Below, piece after piece: positions 48,677 to 59,401 of a DNA stretch of 64,000 nt. Below the pieces are notes generated by a model that ran no database searches, had not been told where the DNA came from, and saw nothing but the letters and a program-made list of their open reading frames with translations. Each line of letters opens with the position of its first letter. The stretch's first letter is position 1. The position numbers were made by a program, and so were the translations under genes. Origin of the DNA: a virus; IMG/VR virus record IMGVR_UViG_3300014204_000020, positions 1,183 through 65,182 of that record; one strand, 5' to 3'.

Positions 48677-49518
48677 TGGTAGACTACTCAAAGTACTACA
48701 GAATCGGCAACGAAGGTGAGTTAAAGGATACCAATGCTCCCGATGACCTAGATCCAAGAGGCCTCGTATTAATGCTCGAACCCCCTCTTAATCGTGAAAC
48801 CTACGTCATGGGAATCGACCCCACAGTCGGCATAGTAACCTGGGACAGACAGTTAAGGACTCGTGACGATCTCCGCACCGATAACGGCGCTATCGAAATC
48901 CTCAAGGTAGGCCGCAACGGTAACCCTGATGTCCAAGTCTGCGAATACGCAGCCCCAATTGACCCAGAGGACCTTGCCGACATCGCCAACGTACTAGGCA
49001 GACTATACGCAGGTAGTGATGACATGGGCCAATGCCTTTGTATCATAGAAGTCTATCGAGGCCTCGGCCTCCTAACCCAGCGCAAAATGCTCAACAGCTT
49101 AGGCTACCACAACATGTTCATCTGGAAGTACCTTGACTCCATGAGTGTACGCCTAACTACCTCTCTCGGCTGGCAGTCCTCCCCCAAAAGTGTACGTGAC
49201 CTCTGGATTCGTGGCACCCGTCACATAACCAAGAACCAGATTCGCATCCTTTCCTCATACCTCGCCGAAGAACTCGCCCACTGTGAATCCGACGAACTCA
49301 AAATGACAGCCAAAGCATCCAGTGGTAAACACGACGACCGGGTACGTGCCATCCTAATGGCAATCTGGGCAGCCCACGACTGGTCATTCCAAGTAGACAA
49401 CCAAAAGGTAGAGGTCTCAACCACCAAACAACCTGACTGGCAACGCTCAGATATCTCCTACGAGAAAATGTTAGACGCCTGGGCTGACAGATTCGACGAG
49501 ATCCAGTCAGAACAATAG
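48676..49518 (+). CDS. terL: Terminase large subunit, RNase H-like nuclease domain
   Basis: YVMGIDPTVG, D...IEI, IIE, GW, GKHDDRVRA. Confidence 0.88.
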   Translation: MVDYSKYYRIGNEGELKDTNAPDDLDPRGLVLMLEPPLNRETYVMGIDPTVGIVTWDRQLRTRDDLRTDNGAIEILKVGRNGNPDVQVCEYAAPIDPEDLADIANVLGRLYAGSDDMGQCLCIIEVYRGLGLLTQRKMLNSLGYHNMFIWKYLDSMSVRLTTSLGWQSSPKSVRDLWIRGTRHITKNQIRILSSYLAEELAHCESDELKMTAKASSGKHDDRVRAILMAIWAAHDWSFQVDNQKVEVSTTKQPDWQRSDISYEKMLDAWADRFDEIQSEQ

Positions 49519-49527
49519 GCTACATTA

Positions 49528-49569
49528 ACTATGAAATCACTTGACAATTTCACCAATATAACGTATTCC
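49528..49569 (+). promoter_or_regulatory. Possible promoter (ATCAC-TTGACA)
   Basis: Intergenic TTGACA at 49541 with weak -10; same upstream motif as at 61040. Confidence 0.4.
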
Positions 49570-49585
49570 GAAGCAGGAGGATGAT

Positions 49586-49957
49586 GTGTCCATACTTTCA
49601 ATCAAACTAAACATTCCCGACGAAGTACTCAAACAGTACGAATCCAGAGGCACCCTGGAAAAGGTCCTCTCCAAAACCCTGACCGATTGCGTCAGCTATT
49701 CCGCTGAAAAGCCAATCTACATCAACGACACTCAACGCAAACGCCTTGATCGCCTGTTTGGCCGTAACTTCAACGACGCCGACGAGATCATTCAAGTAAT
49801 GGAACGCTACGTCACAGCCCGCATCGGTGATGTCGAAGTCCAACTCCCTCCACAACTTCTTACCCGCTTAAAGACCAGATGTTTTGGTAAACCCTTTGAA
49901 CAATTCCTCGCCGAACACACCATCCAAGGCCTGGAAGAGTTCGCGGCGATGAGGTAG
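49586..49957 (+). CDS. Hypothetical protein
   Basis: AGGAGG RBS. Confidence 0.7.
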   Translation: MSILSIKLNIPDEVLKQYESRGTLEKVLSKTLTDCVSYSAEKPIYINDTQRKRLDRLFGRNFNDADEIIQVMERYVTARIGDVEVQLPPQLLTRLKTRCFGKPFEQFLAEHTIQGLEEFAAMR

Positions 49958-50157
49958 AACTATGGATACCAGAACTCCAGACCAACTATCTTACGAACAG
50001 TACCTCTCCACCCTCTCTCGTGCTGAACGTCGCCGTATTCTCAAGGCCCACTTCGACCGTGCCGAAAAGTCTGCCAGAGCAGCCAAACGTGAGGCCTTGC
50101 ACACAAAGCGTCCCCCCATAGACCTGGCAGACCTTCCTTACATGAAGGAGGCATAAG

Positions 50158-50514
50158 ATGCCCCATCACGACGTTCAATGCTCAAAGTGCGGCACCATCA
50201 TCGAAAACTATTACGCTTCGCCGTGGCCATCCTCCATACGCCACTGTGAGGGGGGTGAGCTTGAAATCCTCTGGCGGTCTTCACTGTCTTCTCCCGCCGC
50301 AGCTCACCCCTTAAACCGAACCATTGTCTACCGTGACCCAATCACAGGAGAAATAGCCTACCCAGGCCGCAACGATATCAAGGACAACAGGTACGCCCGC
50401 CGTGGCTGGGAACGTGTAGAATTTGAAACCGCCCACGACCTTGAAAAGTTTGAGCGTGACCACGGAGTCCTCAACGAGGCTCTGTGGTACAATTCTGGAA
50501 ATGGAGCAGACTAA
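50158..50514 (+). CDS. Zn-ribbon (FmdB-like) protein
   Basis: MP.HD..CSKCG...C; typical of genes between terminase and portal. Confidence 0.55.
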   Translation: MPHHDVQCSKCGTIIENYYASPWPSSIRHCEGGELEILWRSSLSSPAAAHPLNRTIVYRDPITGEIAYPGRNDIKDNRYARRGWERVEFETAHDLEKFERDHGVLNEALWYNSGNGAD

Positions 50515-50516
50515 CA

Positions 50517-51089
50517 ATGCTCATAGATCCCAAAGAAGTACTAAAGTGGATAAATCATTCAGAGGATATGCGTTATGGCATGTGTAGATGTGGCTGTGGA
50601 CTAGAAACTACTAAGGCAGTGTACTCGGACGTTAGTAAAGGTTGGGTTAGGGGAGAGCCCAAGTTGTTTAGAAATGGTCATGGGTCTCGTCATAGTCGTA
50701 AAGTAGAGCTAGCTTCTGATACTGACTGCCTTATCTGGATTGGTGGTAGACAACCTAATGGCTATGGAAGGTTTTATATTAATGGCCACCAAAAAATGGC
50801 TCATGTAGTAACATATAAACACTTTATCGGGCCAGTGCCGGAAGGTATGGAGTTGGACCACCTCTGTAGGAATAGGTCATGTATAAATCCTAACCACTTA
50901 GAGCCTGTCACTAGGTTAGTAAATGTACGTAGAGGTCGTGTACCAAAGATGACTCCAACTATAGTAAGAGAAATACGTCGATTGTGGCCTACAGGAGTCA
51001 GTCATTATGCTTTAGCTCATAAATTTGGTATGTCTAATAGTGCTATATGGGCCGCACTTCAACGGTGGACATGGAAGGATGTGGCATAG
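50517..51089 (+). CDS. HNH endonuclease
   Basis: CRCGCG, CLIWIG...GYG, AH, ELDHLCRNRSCINPNHLEPVT..N. Confidence 0.9.
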   Translation: MLIDPKEVLKWINHSEDMRYGMCRCGCGLETTKAVYSDVSKGWVRGEPKLFRNGHGSRHSRKVELASDTDCLIWIGGRQPNGYGRFYINGHQKMAHVVTYKHFIGPVPEGMELDHLCRNRSCINPNHLEPVTRLVNVRRGRVPKMTPTIVREIRRLWPTGVSHYALAHKFGMSNSAIWAALQRWTWKDVA

Positions 51090-52996
51090 TGGTTAATATT
51101 CCTATATCAGAGTATGAAAGTTCTGTTCTTGGCTGGGCAAAAGAAGCCCTCGAAGAAGGGGAGGCCTTCATCCGTGTCCAAAAGGGTTACGCCCTCATCT
51201 CCGACACCATAAAAGCCATCTTTGGTGACGTAAAAACTCTCCAATCTTCAGTCCTCTCCCAAACCTCCGTCAACCACACCGCCAAAGTCGCCACCGATCT
51301 CACCGCAATGTGTACCGACGTAAAACCCTTCTGGGAATACCGCACCCGCAACGACCGCTTCAAAAAGCACTGTGAAATCCTTGGCCAACTCTCAGAGCAC
51401 TGGTGGCTAAACCGTGTCATAGACCTCAAATTCGCTGATGTAATCCGCTACTCCCTCTGCGCAGGCACCGGCTATGCACACCAATTCTACAACACAGTAA
51501 CTCAAGACTTAGACATCTCTGCCGAAGACCCCCGTGACATCATTCCTATCCGCCCACCATCCACCTCCTTCTCTATCCAGGAATGTGTAGGAGCCATCCA
51601 AAGAGTCCAACGTCCTGTAAACTACGTCCGCTCCCGATACCCTCACAAGTCTCATCTCATCGTCCCAGACCGTGACGGCTCCATGGTCTCACAGTCCCTC
51701 CAAAACTCCCGTGTCGGCCAACTCTTCGACACCTATGGATCACCATTTAGGGAACGCCTCTTCAACGAAAAACCTGCAAAGGAACTCCCTCGCATCCCCT
51801 CCGTAGACCTCTACACTGCATACATAGGTGATGATAGCCGTAACGAGTCCACTCACCCCCGCTTCATGGGTGACTGGCAAGACGGCAAACCCCTCAATAA
51901 CTGGTCCTACAAAGTAGAAAAAGGTGAACCTCTCTACCCCCGCAAACGCTGCATTGTCTTCACCAGTTCAGCCATCCTCTACGACGGCCCCTCCATCTAT
52001 TGGCATGGCCTTATTCCTCTCAACAAACTAACTCTCGACCCCTGGCCCTGGAGCTGGCTCGGTAAAGGAATCCTCTGGGATATCCTCTCTCTCCAAAAAT
52101 CCATAGACTCCCTAATGCGTGTCTTAGACGATCACCTGGAACAGGTAGCCCGTCCAGCTGTAATCGCAGACAAAACCACTGTCTCTCAGTCCGACCTCAA
52201 CAAGATAGACACCCGTAAAGCCGGTCTCAAAGTTCGCCAAAACATGCTCACAGGCAAAGGCATCCTAATCCAACCCCCTCCCAACCTTCCTCCAGACGTA
52301 ATGCAGATCCTCCAATACTACGAGGAAAAAATCTACCAGATCCCAGGAGTCCGTGACCTTTCCGACCTGATGCGCATGAACCAGGTCCCTGCCCCTGAAA
52401 CCATCGAGCGAGTCCAGGAGTCCATGACCCCCTCCGTCCGCCTCCGAAGCCGCATCATAGAAGTCTTCATGCGTGAATTCGCCTTCATAGCAGCCTCCAA
52501 CTTCGCCCAGTTCTACCCTCTATCCCTACGCCTCGCAATTCTTGGCGACAAAGGCGCAACCAACGACGACTTCGACATGGACCCAGGGTCATTCATTCCA
52601 GCTTGGATGGCAGAAGACTACTCTTCCGAAGGCATAATCAAAACCGAATCCCTCACTCGTGGCCCAATGCCTCGCTGCAACCGTGCCAAACAGTTCTTCA
52701 ACCAGGTCTCATACCACATCGCCCCATCCTCTCTCCTGAACGCCTCCGAAATCGAGACTCAACTAAAGTACCTCCAACTCTCTCGGGCTGGCTTAGTAGA
52801 CCACTGGACACTACTTGAAGTACTAAACGTTCCCAACGTCGGCAACCCTCCCGAAGGAGCCAGCACCATCACAGAACGCCTGATGGCAGAGCAACAACTG
52901 GGTTTAGGCATGCAAGTAAACGCAGCCGGTCGTAAATCTTCAGGTCAGGAACCTCCACAACAAAAATCCAGTGGTGCAGTCTCCGAAAGCGGCTAA
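51089..52996 (+). CDS. Portal protein
   Basis: About 635 aa after TerL; GTG...., DPRD, WSWLGKGIL..I..LQ..I helical pattern of P22/SU10-like portals. Confidence 0.8.
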   Translation: MVNIPISEYESSVLGWAKEALEEGEAFIRVQKGYALISDTIKAIFGDVKTLQSSVLSQTSVNHTAKVATDLTAMCTDVKPFWEYRTRNDRFKKHCEILGQLSEHWWLNRVIDLKFADVIRYSLCAGTGYAHQFYNTVTQDLDISAEDPRDIIPIRPPSTSFSIQECVGAIQRVQRPVNYVRSRYPHKSHLIVPDRDGSMVSQSLQNSRVGQLFDTYGSPFRERLFNEKPAKELPRIPSVDLYTAYIGDDSRNESTHPRFMGDWQDGKPLNNWSYKVEKGEPLYPRKRCIVFTSSAILYDGPSIYWHGLIPLNKLTLDPWPWSWLGKGILWDILSLQKSIDSLMRVLDDHLEQVARPAVIADKTTVSQSDLNKIDTRKAGLKVRQNMLTGKGILIQPPPNLPPDVMQILQYYEEKIYQIPGVRDLSDLMRMNQVPAPETIERVQESMTPSVRLRSRIIEVFMREFAFIAASNFAQFYPLSLRLAILGDKGATNDDFDMDPGSFIPAWMAEDYSSEGIIKTESLTRGPMPRCNRAKQFFNQVSYHIAPSSLLNASEIETQLKYLQLSRAGLVDHWTLLEVLNVPNVGNPPEGASTITERLMAEQQLGLGMQVNAAGRKSSGQEPPQQKSSGAVSESG

Positions 52997-53092
52997 CCAT
53001 GATAACAATCGGCACTCCCCAAATGTTCATAAACCATCCTGAACCCCTTCTCACCAGATGGCAACGTCTCAAAGCCTGGCTAAGGAGTCTAT

Positions 53093-54757
53093 ATGGCCAT
53101 AGGTAACTTCAGCGATGCCCACATCAGTGACGGTGGTGGAAACGTAACCTCCTCAGGCGGTACTACCGGAACCATCGCCAAGTTCACCGGCCCTACCACC
53201 ATTGGCGACTCCATTATCACAGAAACACCTGGCAAGATCACCGTTGCCGGAACAATAGAACCTCTCAACATCGACCTCCCTGAGTCTGCCACTCCTCCAG
53301 CCCCAGACCTAGACAAGATCCGTATCTTCGCTGTAGCTGATGCCGACTTCACAGTTCTAGAAACCATCACCGACCTTGGTGTAGTAAACCGCATCAACCA
53401 AGACACCTTCCGGGTAGCCCGTAATACCACAGGCGCTCCAATAGCTACAGCCCGTGCAGTCTACTACACCGGCTCTACCGACAATAAACCTAACTTCGCC
53501 ATGGCAAAAGCCGACTCCTCCACCACCATGCCAGCTGTTGGTATCACCACAGCAACTGTCGCTAACGGCAATTTTGGCGAAATAATGATTATAGGCAGGT
53601 TAACCGGCTTTGACACCAGTGCCTGGAACGAAGGAGACTCCTTATACGTCTCAGCCTCTACTGCCGGAGAACTCACCAACGTCAAACCCTCCTTCCCAAA
53701 CATCATTCAGTGGGTAGGAACCGTAGAAGTAAAGTCTGCCACAGTCGGAGTAATCCTGGTTCATGTCCAGTCTCTGGAAACCGACGTAACCACCCAACGC
53801 ATAGGAACTTTGATAAATAGCGCCAACTCCAAAACCCCGCCCATCGATGCAGACCAACTGGGCCTGATGGACAGCGCCGCCGGAAACATCCTGACCAAAC
53901 TCTCCTGGGCGAACGTCAAAGCCACCCTAAAAACATACTTCGACACCCTATACGCATCCATTACAGGAGTCCGGGAGAGATTAACCGCCGCCCGCACCTA
54001 CTACGTCCGCACAGACGGCAACGACGCCAACACCGGCCTTGTAAACAGTGCAGCCGGAGCATTCTTAACCATCCAAAAAGCCGTTAACACCAGTCTACTC
54101 TTGGACTCATTTGGGTATGGCATAACAATTCAAGTAGGTGATGGCACCTATAGTGAGGCTGTCAACGTCTTAGGCCCAAAGCTAGGAGCCGGGATAATCA
54201 CTATTCAAGGCAACACGAGTTCGACATCAGCCGTTTTGATTGAAGGGGGAACGAGCGTTCCGATTACAGTATCAGGCATGGCCTATTCACAAATAAACCT
54301 CAGGTCACTGAAACTTCAAGCAACTGGACTCACAGGTGCTCGATATGGCTTATTTGTCTTTCTGGGGAGTTATGTAAATATTGACAAAGTAAACTTTGGA
54401 GCTTGTGGAATTGCCCACATCCTATGCTACAAGAACTCATTTATAACCATTGCTAACGGTGGGTATACCATCAGTGGTGCTGCTGGGGCTCATGTTTATT
54501 GCTACCAACAAAGCAACGTAGACTTTCAGGGTGGAACCATAACCATATCAGGCACTCCTGCTTTTTCCACAGCCTTCATTAACGCTTCCAACCTTGCCCT
54601 AGTAATATTCTCCGGCACCCCAACTTGGTCTGGATCGGCTACCGGCAAGCGATTTAACTCTGAGGTAGGAGCAGTAATCAACACTGCCGGTCAGGCCACA
54701 ACCTGGCTACCAGGAGATGTTACTGGAACAACAGCAACAGGAGGCCAGTATATATAA
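53093..54757 (+). CDS. Tail fibre / receptor-binding protein
   Basis: G/T-rich; AKADS..TMPAVG; RERLTAARTYYVRTDGND..G....AF.TIQKA...DGTY followed by a beta-helix-like C-terminus. Confidence 0.7.
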   Translation: MAIGNFSDAHISDGGGNVTSSGGTTGTIAKFTGPTTIGDSIITETPGKITVAGTIEPLNIDLPESATPPAPDLDKIRIFAVADADFTVLETITDLGVVNRINQDTFRVARNTTGAPIATARAVYYTGSTDNKPNFAMAKADSSTTMPAVGITTATVANGNFGEIMIIGRLTGFDTSAWNEGDSLYVSASTAGELTNVKPSFPNIIQWVGTVEVKSATVGVILVHVQSLETDVTTQRIGTLINSANSKTPPIDADQLGLMDSAAGNILTKLSWANVKATLKTYFDTLYASITGVRERLTAARTYYVRTDGNDANTGLVNSAAGAFLTIQKAVNTSLLLDSFGYGITIQVGDGTYSEAVNVLGPKLGAGIITIQGNTSSTSAVLIEGGTSVPITVSGMAYSQINLRSLKLQATGLTGARYGLFVFLGSYVNIDKVNFGACGIAHILCYKNSFITIANGGYTISGAAGAHVYCYQQSNVDFQGGTITISGTPAFSTAFINASNLALVIFSGTPTWSGSATGKRFNSEVGAVINTAGQATTWLPGDVTGTTATGGQYI

Positions 54758-54923
54758 TGGAATACCTCGAACTTGTCATCCTCGACCTGCAAAACAGAAT
54801 CAATGCAGTTCTCAAAGACAAGGTTAAGATACTAAAGGAGGGAGATACCGTCTCACTAGGTTCTTCATTATATTCCGTCTCTGCCCTAGCTACAGAGGAA
54901 TACGAGAAAGGTAAGAAATAAGT

Positions 54924-55262
54924 ATGTGGCATTCCCTTGGACATGTAACCATCACCTTAAGCGGCATCCTTGCTCGTGCTACCAACAACGAAACCATTCC
55001 CACAGACCGTCTCCCTTGCCAATCCATCCTATTCGAGCAATGGCCAGGCAACACCGGCAAGATCTACATCTGTGACCGCCAGACTGCCAACAAATCCATC
55101 GGCACCGGAGTCATCGCCATCCTCGCCCCTCCCTCCACCTCCGGCTACCCGTCAGCAGGTTGTGGCGTTCCATCCGCCCCCGCCGCCCTCAACGCTGCCG
55201 ACTTCTGGATAGATGCAGAAATCAGTGGCGAAGGGCCTCTAATTAGTGTAGTAAAGGCCTAA
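54924..55262 (+). CDS. Small virion/decoration-like protein
   Basis: NTGKIYI motif similar to the protein at 57270 (GNSAVYVG). Confidence 0.45.
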   Translation: MWHSLGHVTITLSGILARATNNETIPTDRLPCQSILFEQWPGNTGKIYICDRQTANKSIGTGVIAILAPPSTSGYPSAGCGVPSAPAALNAADFWIDAEISGEGPLISVVKA

Positions 55263-55283
55263 CACCTATATAAGGAGGCTATC

Positions 55284-55526
55284 ATGCCCATCGGAGAAAA
55301 CTTACCAAAAGGCGGCTCAAAGGACTGGTCCAAAGCAGCAGACAAAGCCGAACAGGACTTTCGTGACTACCACACCGAACGTCCATTCAACATCGGCCCC
55401 AAATCTCTTGGCTTGGGCTTCGGCAAACGCAAGGCACCTCTCAGCACCTTACACTCAAAAACCCTCTCAGACCGTGCTCTACGCCTCCGCAGCGGCCAGA
55501 TGGCACGCCAACGAAAGGGCCAATAA
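55284..55526 (+). CDS. Small basic protein
   Basis: AAGGAGG RBS. Confidence 0.65.
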   Translation: MPIGENLPKGGSKDWSKAADKAEQDFRDYHTERPFNIGPKSLGLGFGKRKAPLSTLHSKTLSDRALRLRSGQMARQRKGQ

Positions 55527-55591
55527 CATGCCCACACCGGACAACATAATCTTTACCGACTCACTCGGCATTGACCTAAAGGAGGTCACCA

Positions 55592-56080
55592 ATGGCAACA
55601 CTAAAGAAGGATCACATCAAATTCAGGGGCTATCTGGAGTTTGTACTGAAGGACGCCCGCACCGGGAAGATAGTAGCGAAGGGGAAGAAACATAACACTG
55701 TTACCGCAGGTGGCAGAGGCTGGGCCATGGCCCGTCTCACTCCAGGCAGCAACGCCCAAGTACTGTCAGCAATCGCCATTGGCTCCATCTCCTCTACTGC
55801 CCCCTCCAGCACCCAAACCGCCCTTGGCGGCTACATGACTGTCCGTAACTTCGGCACCACCGGCCTCACATCGGCCACCAACACTGCCTGTACCTTTTAT
55901 GGTGCAGTCTCATTCAACACCAACGAAACCTTTGCAGGCTCCTCTCAAATCGGAGAGTTTGCCATCTACAACTCTGCCTCCACAGGTTCCGGGACTATGT
56001 TCAATCGTGTAGTGACAGCCTCCTACATCAACTTTGCTACTTCAAACACTTTGGCTGTCTCTATAAGTATTACTAACTAA
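55592..56080 (+). CDS. Tail-fibre-base-like structural protein
   Basis: NTVT..GR...IAIG..., IGEFAIYN....GTMFNR. Confidence 0.6.
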   Translation: MATLKKDHIKFRGYLEFVLKDARTGKIVAKGKKHNTVTAGGRGWAMARLTPGSNAQVLSAIAIGSISSTAPSSTQTALGGYMTVRNFGTTGLTSATNTACTFYGAVSFNTNETFAGSSQIGEFAIYNSASTGSGTMFNRVVTASYINFATSNTLAVSISITN

Positions 56081-56112
56081 CTATATAGTACATACTAATA
56101 AATGGAGGATTA

Positions 56113-57270
56113 ATGCAAGGTTATCCACATCGCTCCACTCTCGTATACGCAATTCCCTTCTCAGGCCGTCCCTTACCTCCTAGACTTCTCTTCGCATTCA
56201 ACGCAGTCCACCCACCCATGAACTTCAACACAGTCATGCTCAACACCCTTGGCGTACCCATAGACATTGCCCGTAACGGCTTCGCAGAAAAAGCGGTGGA
56301 AATCGGCGCAAAATATCTCTACTTCTGGGATGAAGACGTAGAAGTCCCTCCCCAGACTCTCAGAGAGTTATTGTACATAATGGACCACAACCCCACAGCT
56401 GCAGTCGTAGGCGGCATCTACTGCCTAAAGGTAGACCGTCCAGAACCACTCGTATTCAAAGGTGTAGGCCAAGGCCCGTACTGGGACTGGAAAGTCGGCG
56501 AGATCTTCGAGGTAGACGCCATCGGCATGGGCTGCACCGTCCTACGCGTCGAAGCTCTCAAAGACTTAACCAAACCCTGGTTTCAGACCGTCGATGACTC
56601 CTCTGCTTACCTCGACAACATCAACTTCGGAGAGCAATGGACAGAAGATCTCTACTTCTGCAACAAACTTCGTGAAACCGGCAAGTGGAAGATCCTTGCG
56701 CATGGCCAAATTCTCCCACCCCACATCGACCTCTCTACCGGACGCGCCTACACTCTCCCACCCGACTCTAAACCAATGCGTGCAATGTTCACATCCAACA
56801 AGAAAATAGTAGACCTTGGGTGTGGCACCAACAAATACCACACCGAAGAAGGCCCAGTCATTGGAGTAGACACCCGTGACCTTGAAGGGGTAGATTATAG
56901 ATGTGACCTCCACAAACTCCCATTCGCCACTGGAGAAATGGACATTGTTCACAGCAGCCACGTCCTGGAACACTTCGGGCGCAACGAGGTCTCAGAAGTC
57001 CTTGATGAATGGCTCCGCATCCTCAAACCCAAAGGTGAATTCCGCATCGTCATCCCCAACATAGCCTGGGCAGCCACTCAAATAGAGAAAGGCATAGTCA
57101 GCAACGACGTTCTCAACGTCCTCTATGGCCAACAAGAATTCCCGGAAAATTTCCACAAAAATGGCTTCACACCTGAAACTCTTGGTGCCCTGCTAAAATC
57201 CAAGGGCTTAAAAAAGCAGGAGTATAGGCTTGAAGGTTACAACATAATCATGAGTGCAAGGAGGAAGTAA
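56113..57270 (+). CDS. GT2 glycosyltransferase - SAM methyltransferase fusion
   Basis: ARN...YFWDEDV...GMGC...EDLYFC; then DLGCG, LPF, SHVLEHF, LKPKG. Confidence 0.9.
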   Translation: MQGYPHRSTLVYAIPFSGRPLPPRLLFAFNAVHPPMNFNTVMLNTLGVPIDIARNGFAEKAVEIGAKYLYFWDEDVEVPPQTLRELLYIMDHNPTAAVVGGIYCLKVDRPEPLVFKGVGQGPYWDWKVGEIFEVDAIGMGCTVLRVEALKDLTKPWFQTVDDSSAYLDNINFGEQWTEDLYFCNKLRETGKWKILAHGQILPPHIDLSTGRAYTLPPDSKPMRAMFTSNKKIVDLGCGTNKYHTEEGPVIGVDTRDLEGVDYRCDLHKLPFATGEMDIVHSSHVLEHFGRNEVSEVLDEWLRILKPKGEFRIVIPNIAWAATQIEKGIVSNDVLNVLYGQQEFPENFHKNGFTPETLGALLKSKGLKKQEYRLEGYNIIMSARRK

Positions 57271-57554
57271 TGGCACTAATTCACATTGACTTAACCCTAA
57301 CAGGCAGCGCCCAGTTGGTCTACTCTACCCGCAAGGGCATTCGCCAACTCATAATCCAGAACCCAACAGGTAACAGTGCCGTCTACGTAGGCACTGCCAC
57401 AGTCTCAGCCTCCAGTTACGGTCAGACAGTAGCTGCCGGTTCTGCTTCCAGTGTCCTCGGGCCTTTCAGTGGTGATGCTCCGGTCAACACTTCTGAAGTT
57501 TACGTCTCAGGGACTCAAGGTAATGTAATTCATGCTTTAATGGTTACCCATTAA
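57270..57554 (+). CDS. Small virion-like protein
   Basis: R..LIIQN....VYVG beta-sandwich-like pattern; TAATG coupled. Confidence 0.5.
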   Translation: MALIHIDLTLTGSAQLVYSTRKGIRQLIIQNPTGNSAVYVGTATVSASSYGQTVAAGSASSVLGPFSGDAPVNTSEVYVSGTQGNVIHALMVTH

Positions 57555-57572
57555 TCTTAGTATAGGTGAATA

Positions 57573-59045
57573 ATGTCACCCAGTTTCACTGATGCCCAAC
57601 CTGCATACTCAGACTCCATAGCCCGTATCTATGGAAAGTCTCCCAGTATATCTGACAACCTCAACACTTGGGCTGACTCAGGCAGCACCACAGTAGGTAT
57701 CGTCGGACCCTATACCTACGAAACCTGGGCAGCCTTAAAAACTCAACTATCCAACCGTCTCCAGGACCCATCCAAGATATTCTGGACTGATACTGAACTT
57801 GGACTATACCTCTCTGAATCCCTGCGCATCTTCTCCTTCCTTACTTGGCACTGGCGTGACCAGGGTAACTTCCCAACCACTCCAGGCACCAGTTTCTACG
57901 ACCTTCCCACGGTACTTCCCAGCTACCTGGCAAGAACCGTCACAGACAGAGACTTAATAAACTCCATTCAGTACCACTTTCAAGAACCTGCCACCTCAGT
58001 ATGGGCAGGAGGCTGGACTGGCACTGCCATGTTTACCATGGATGACCTTACCCACGCTCTCCAAAAACGCCGCAACAAATTCCTGGCAGAAACAGGTGTG
58101 CTTATAACCCGTACAGTACAAGCCAGTGGAGCCTCTTCTGATGGCAGAATCCTGATGCCACAGACTATGATAGACATCCGGCGCATCGCCCGCTTAAACA
58201 CCGGCATCTACACCAACCTCTGGCGTGTAGACGAACATGAACTCACAGCCTACACTCAAACCTGGACCACTCCAGCCGCTCAAGATCCTACAGTGTACTC
58301 CATAATGTCCACTCAGCCTTTAATAGTCCAACTAGCCCCCTCTCCAACCGTCTCCGCCACCATAGACATCCTCTCTGTCTCATCAGGAGCAGACCTTTCA
58401 CCTACCACCACTGCCACCATTTTCGGAGTCCCTGACGACATGACCTGGATCGTCAAGTGGGGAGCTATGGCGGACCTTCTCCAGAAAGACGGCCCAGCCC
58501 AAGACCCGGAACGTGCAAAATATTGCGAAGAACGCTATCAACACGGAGTCAAGCTCGCTCGCCTCTCTGCCAGCATTATCTCAGCCCGTATCGACACCAC
58601 TCCCCTACTAGTCTGCCCTCTTGCAGAACTAGATGCCTACCACATAGGTTGGCAGTCCTCTACTCCAGCCACTCCCAACATCCTTGCTACTGCAGGCCAC
58701 AACTACATAGCACTCTGTCCTCCACCTGTAGCAGCCACTCCCATCTACCTTGATGTAATCCGCAACGCTCCTATCCCAACGGTAGACACAGACTTAGTTC
58801 AGATAGGCAGAGAAATGATCTCTACCATTCTCGACTATGCAGAGCACCTTGCCATGTTCAAAATAGGTGGTGATGAATGGAAGGCTACCGATCAGCTCTT
58901 TGAGCAGTTCATGAGTATGGCAGGCAACTATAACTCCCGTATGTCAACCTGTGCTAAGCTGTGGTCTGAGATGCATAATATGACCAACGCCGAAGAGTCT
59001 ACCCGTCTTCGTATAGCAGGCGTAAGGAGTAAGTATGAGTCTTAA
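57573..59045 (+). CDS. Head-tail connector-like protein with tandem adaptor-like modules
   Basis: L..RLQD...FWTD.EL..YL; repeated P....I..A..D/H...K.G helical motifs. Confidence 0.55.
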   Translation: MSPSFTDAQPAYSDSIARIYGKSPSISDNLNTWADSGSTTVGIVGPYTYETWAALKTQLSNRLQDPSKIFWTDTELGLYLSESLRIFSFLTWHWRDQGNFPTTPGTSFYDLPTVLPSYLARTVTDRDLINSIQYHFQEPATSVWAGGWTGTAMFTMDDLTHALQKRRNKFLAETGVLITRTVQASGASSDGRILMPQTMIDIRRIARLNTGIYTNLWRVDEHELTAYTQTWTTPAAQDPTVYSIMSTQPLIVQLAPSPTVSATIDILSVSSGADLSPTTTATIFGVPDDMTWIVKWGAMADLLQKDGPAQDPERAKYCEERYQHGVKLARLSASIISARIDTTPLLVCPLAELDAYHIGWQSSTPATPNILATAGHNYIALCPPPVAATPIYLDVIRNAPIPTVDTDLVQIGREMISTILDYAEHLAMFKIGGDEWKATDQLFEQFMSMAGNYNSRMSTCAKLWSEMHNMTNAEESTRLRIAGVRSKYES

Positions 59046-59394
59046 ACACTTTACCTTATCTGAATTCGACAGCCTAGATTCCCCAGGCAGTGGAGTCCAC
59101 ATGGACCCTGCCTTCCTCTCAATGCTTGACTCTACCCGTGAAGAAGCTGGAATACCGTTCAACATCAACAGTGGCTACCGTACCCTATCACACAACATCA
59201 AGGTAGGTGGCTCTCACAACAGCGCCCACCTAAGAGGCAAAGCAGCAGACATCTCTGCTCCCTCCAGCACTGACAAGTTCCTCATCATCCGCGCCTCTCT
59301 TCACAACGGCTTCCGTCGCATTGGCATAGGCTCAGACTTTATTCATTTAGATAACGACATCTCTCTACCCCAAAACATAATCTGGACATACTGA
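59035..59394 (+). CDS. Endolysin, peptidase M15A family
   Basis: HF...EF, INSGYR..HN..VGG..NSAHL.G.AADI, FIHLD. Confidence 0.9.
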   Translation: MSLKHFTLSEFDSLDSPGSGVHMDPAFLSMLDSTREEAGIPFNINSGYRTLSHNIKVGGSHNSAHLRGKAADISAPSSTDKFLIIRASLHNGFRRIGIGSDFIHLDNDISLPQNIIWTY

Positions 59395-59401
59395 GGCATG
59401 C

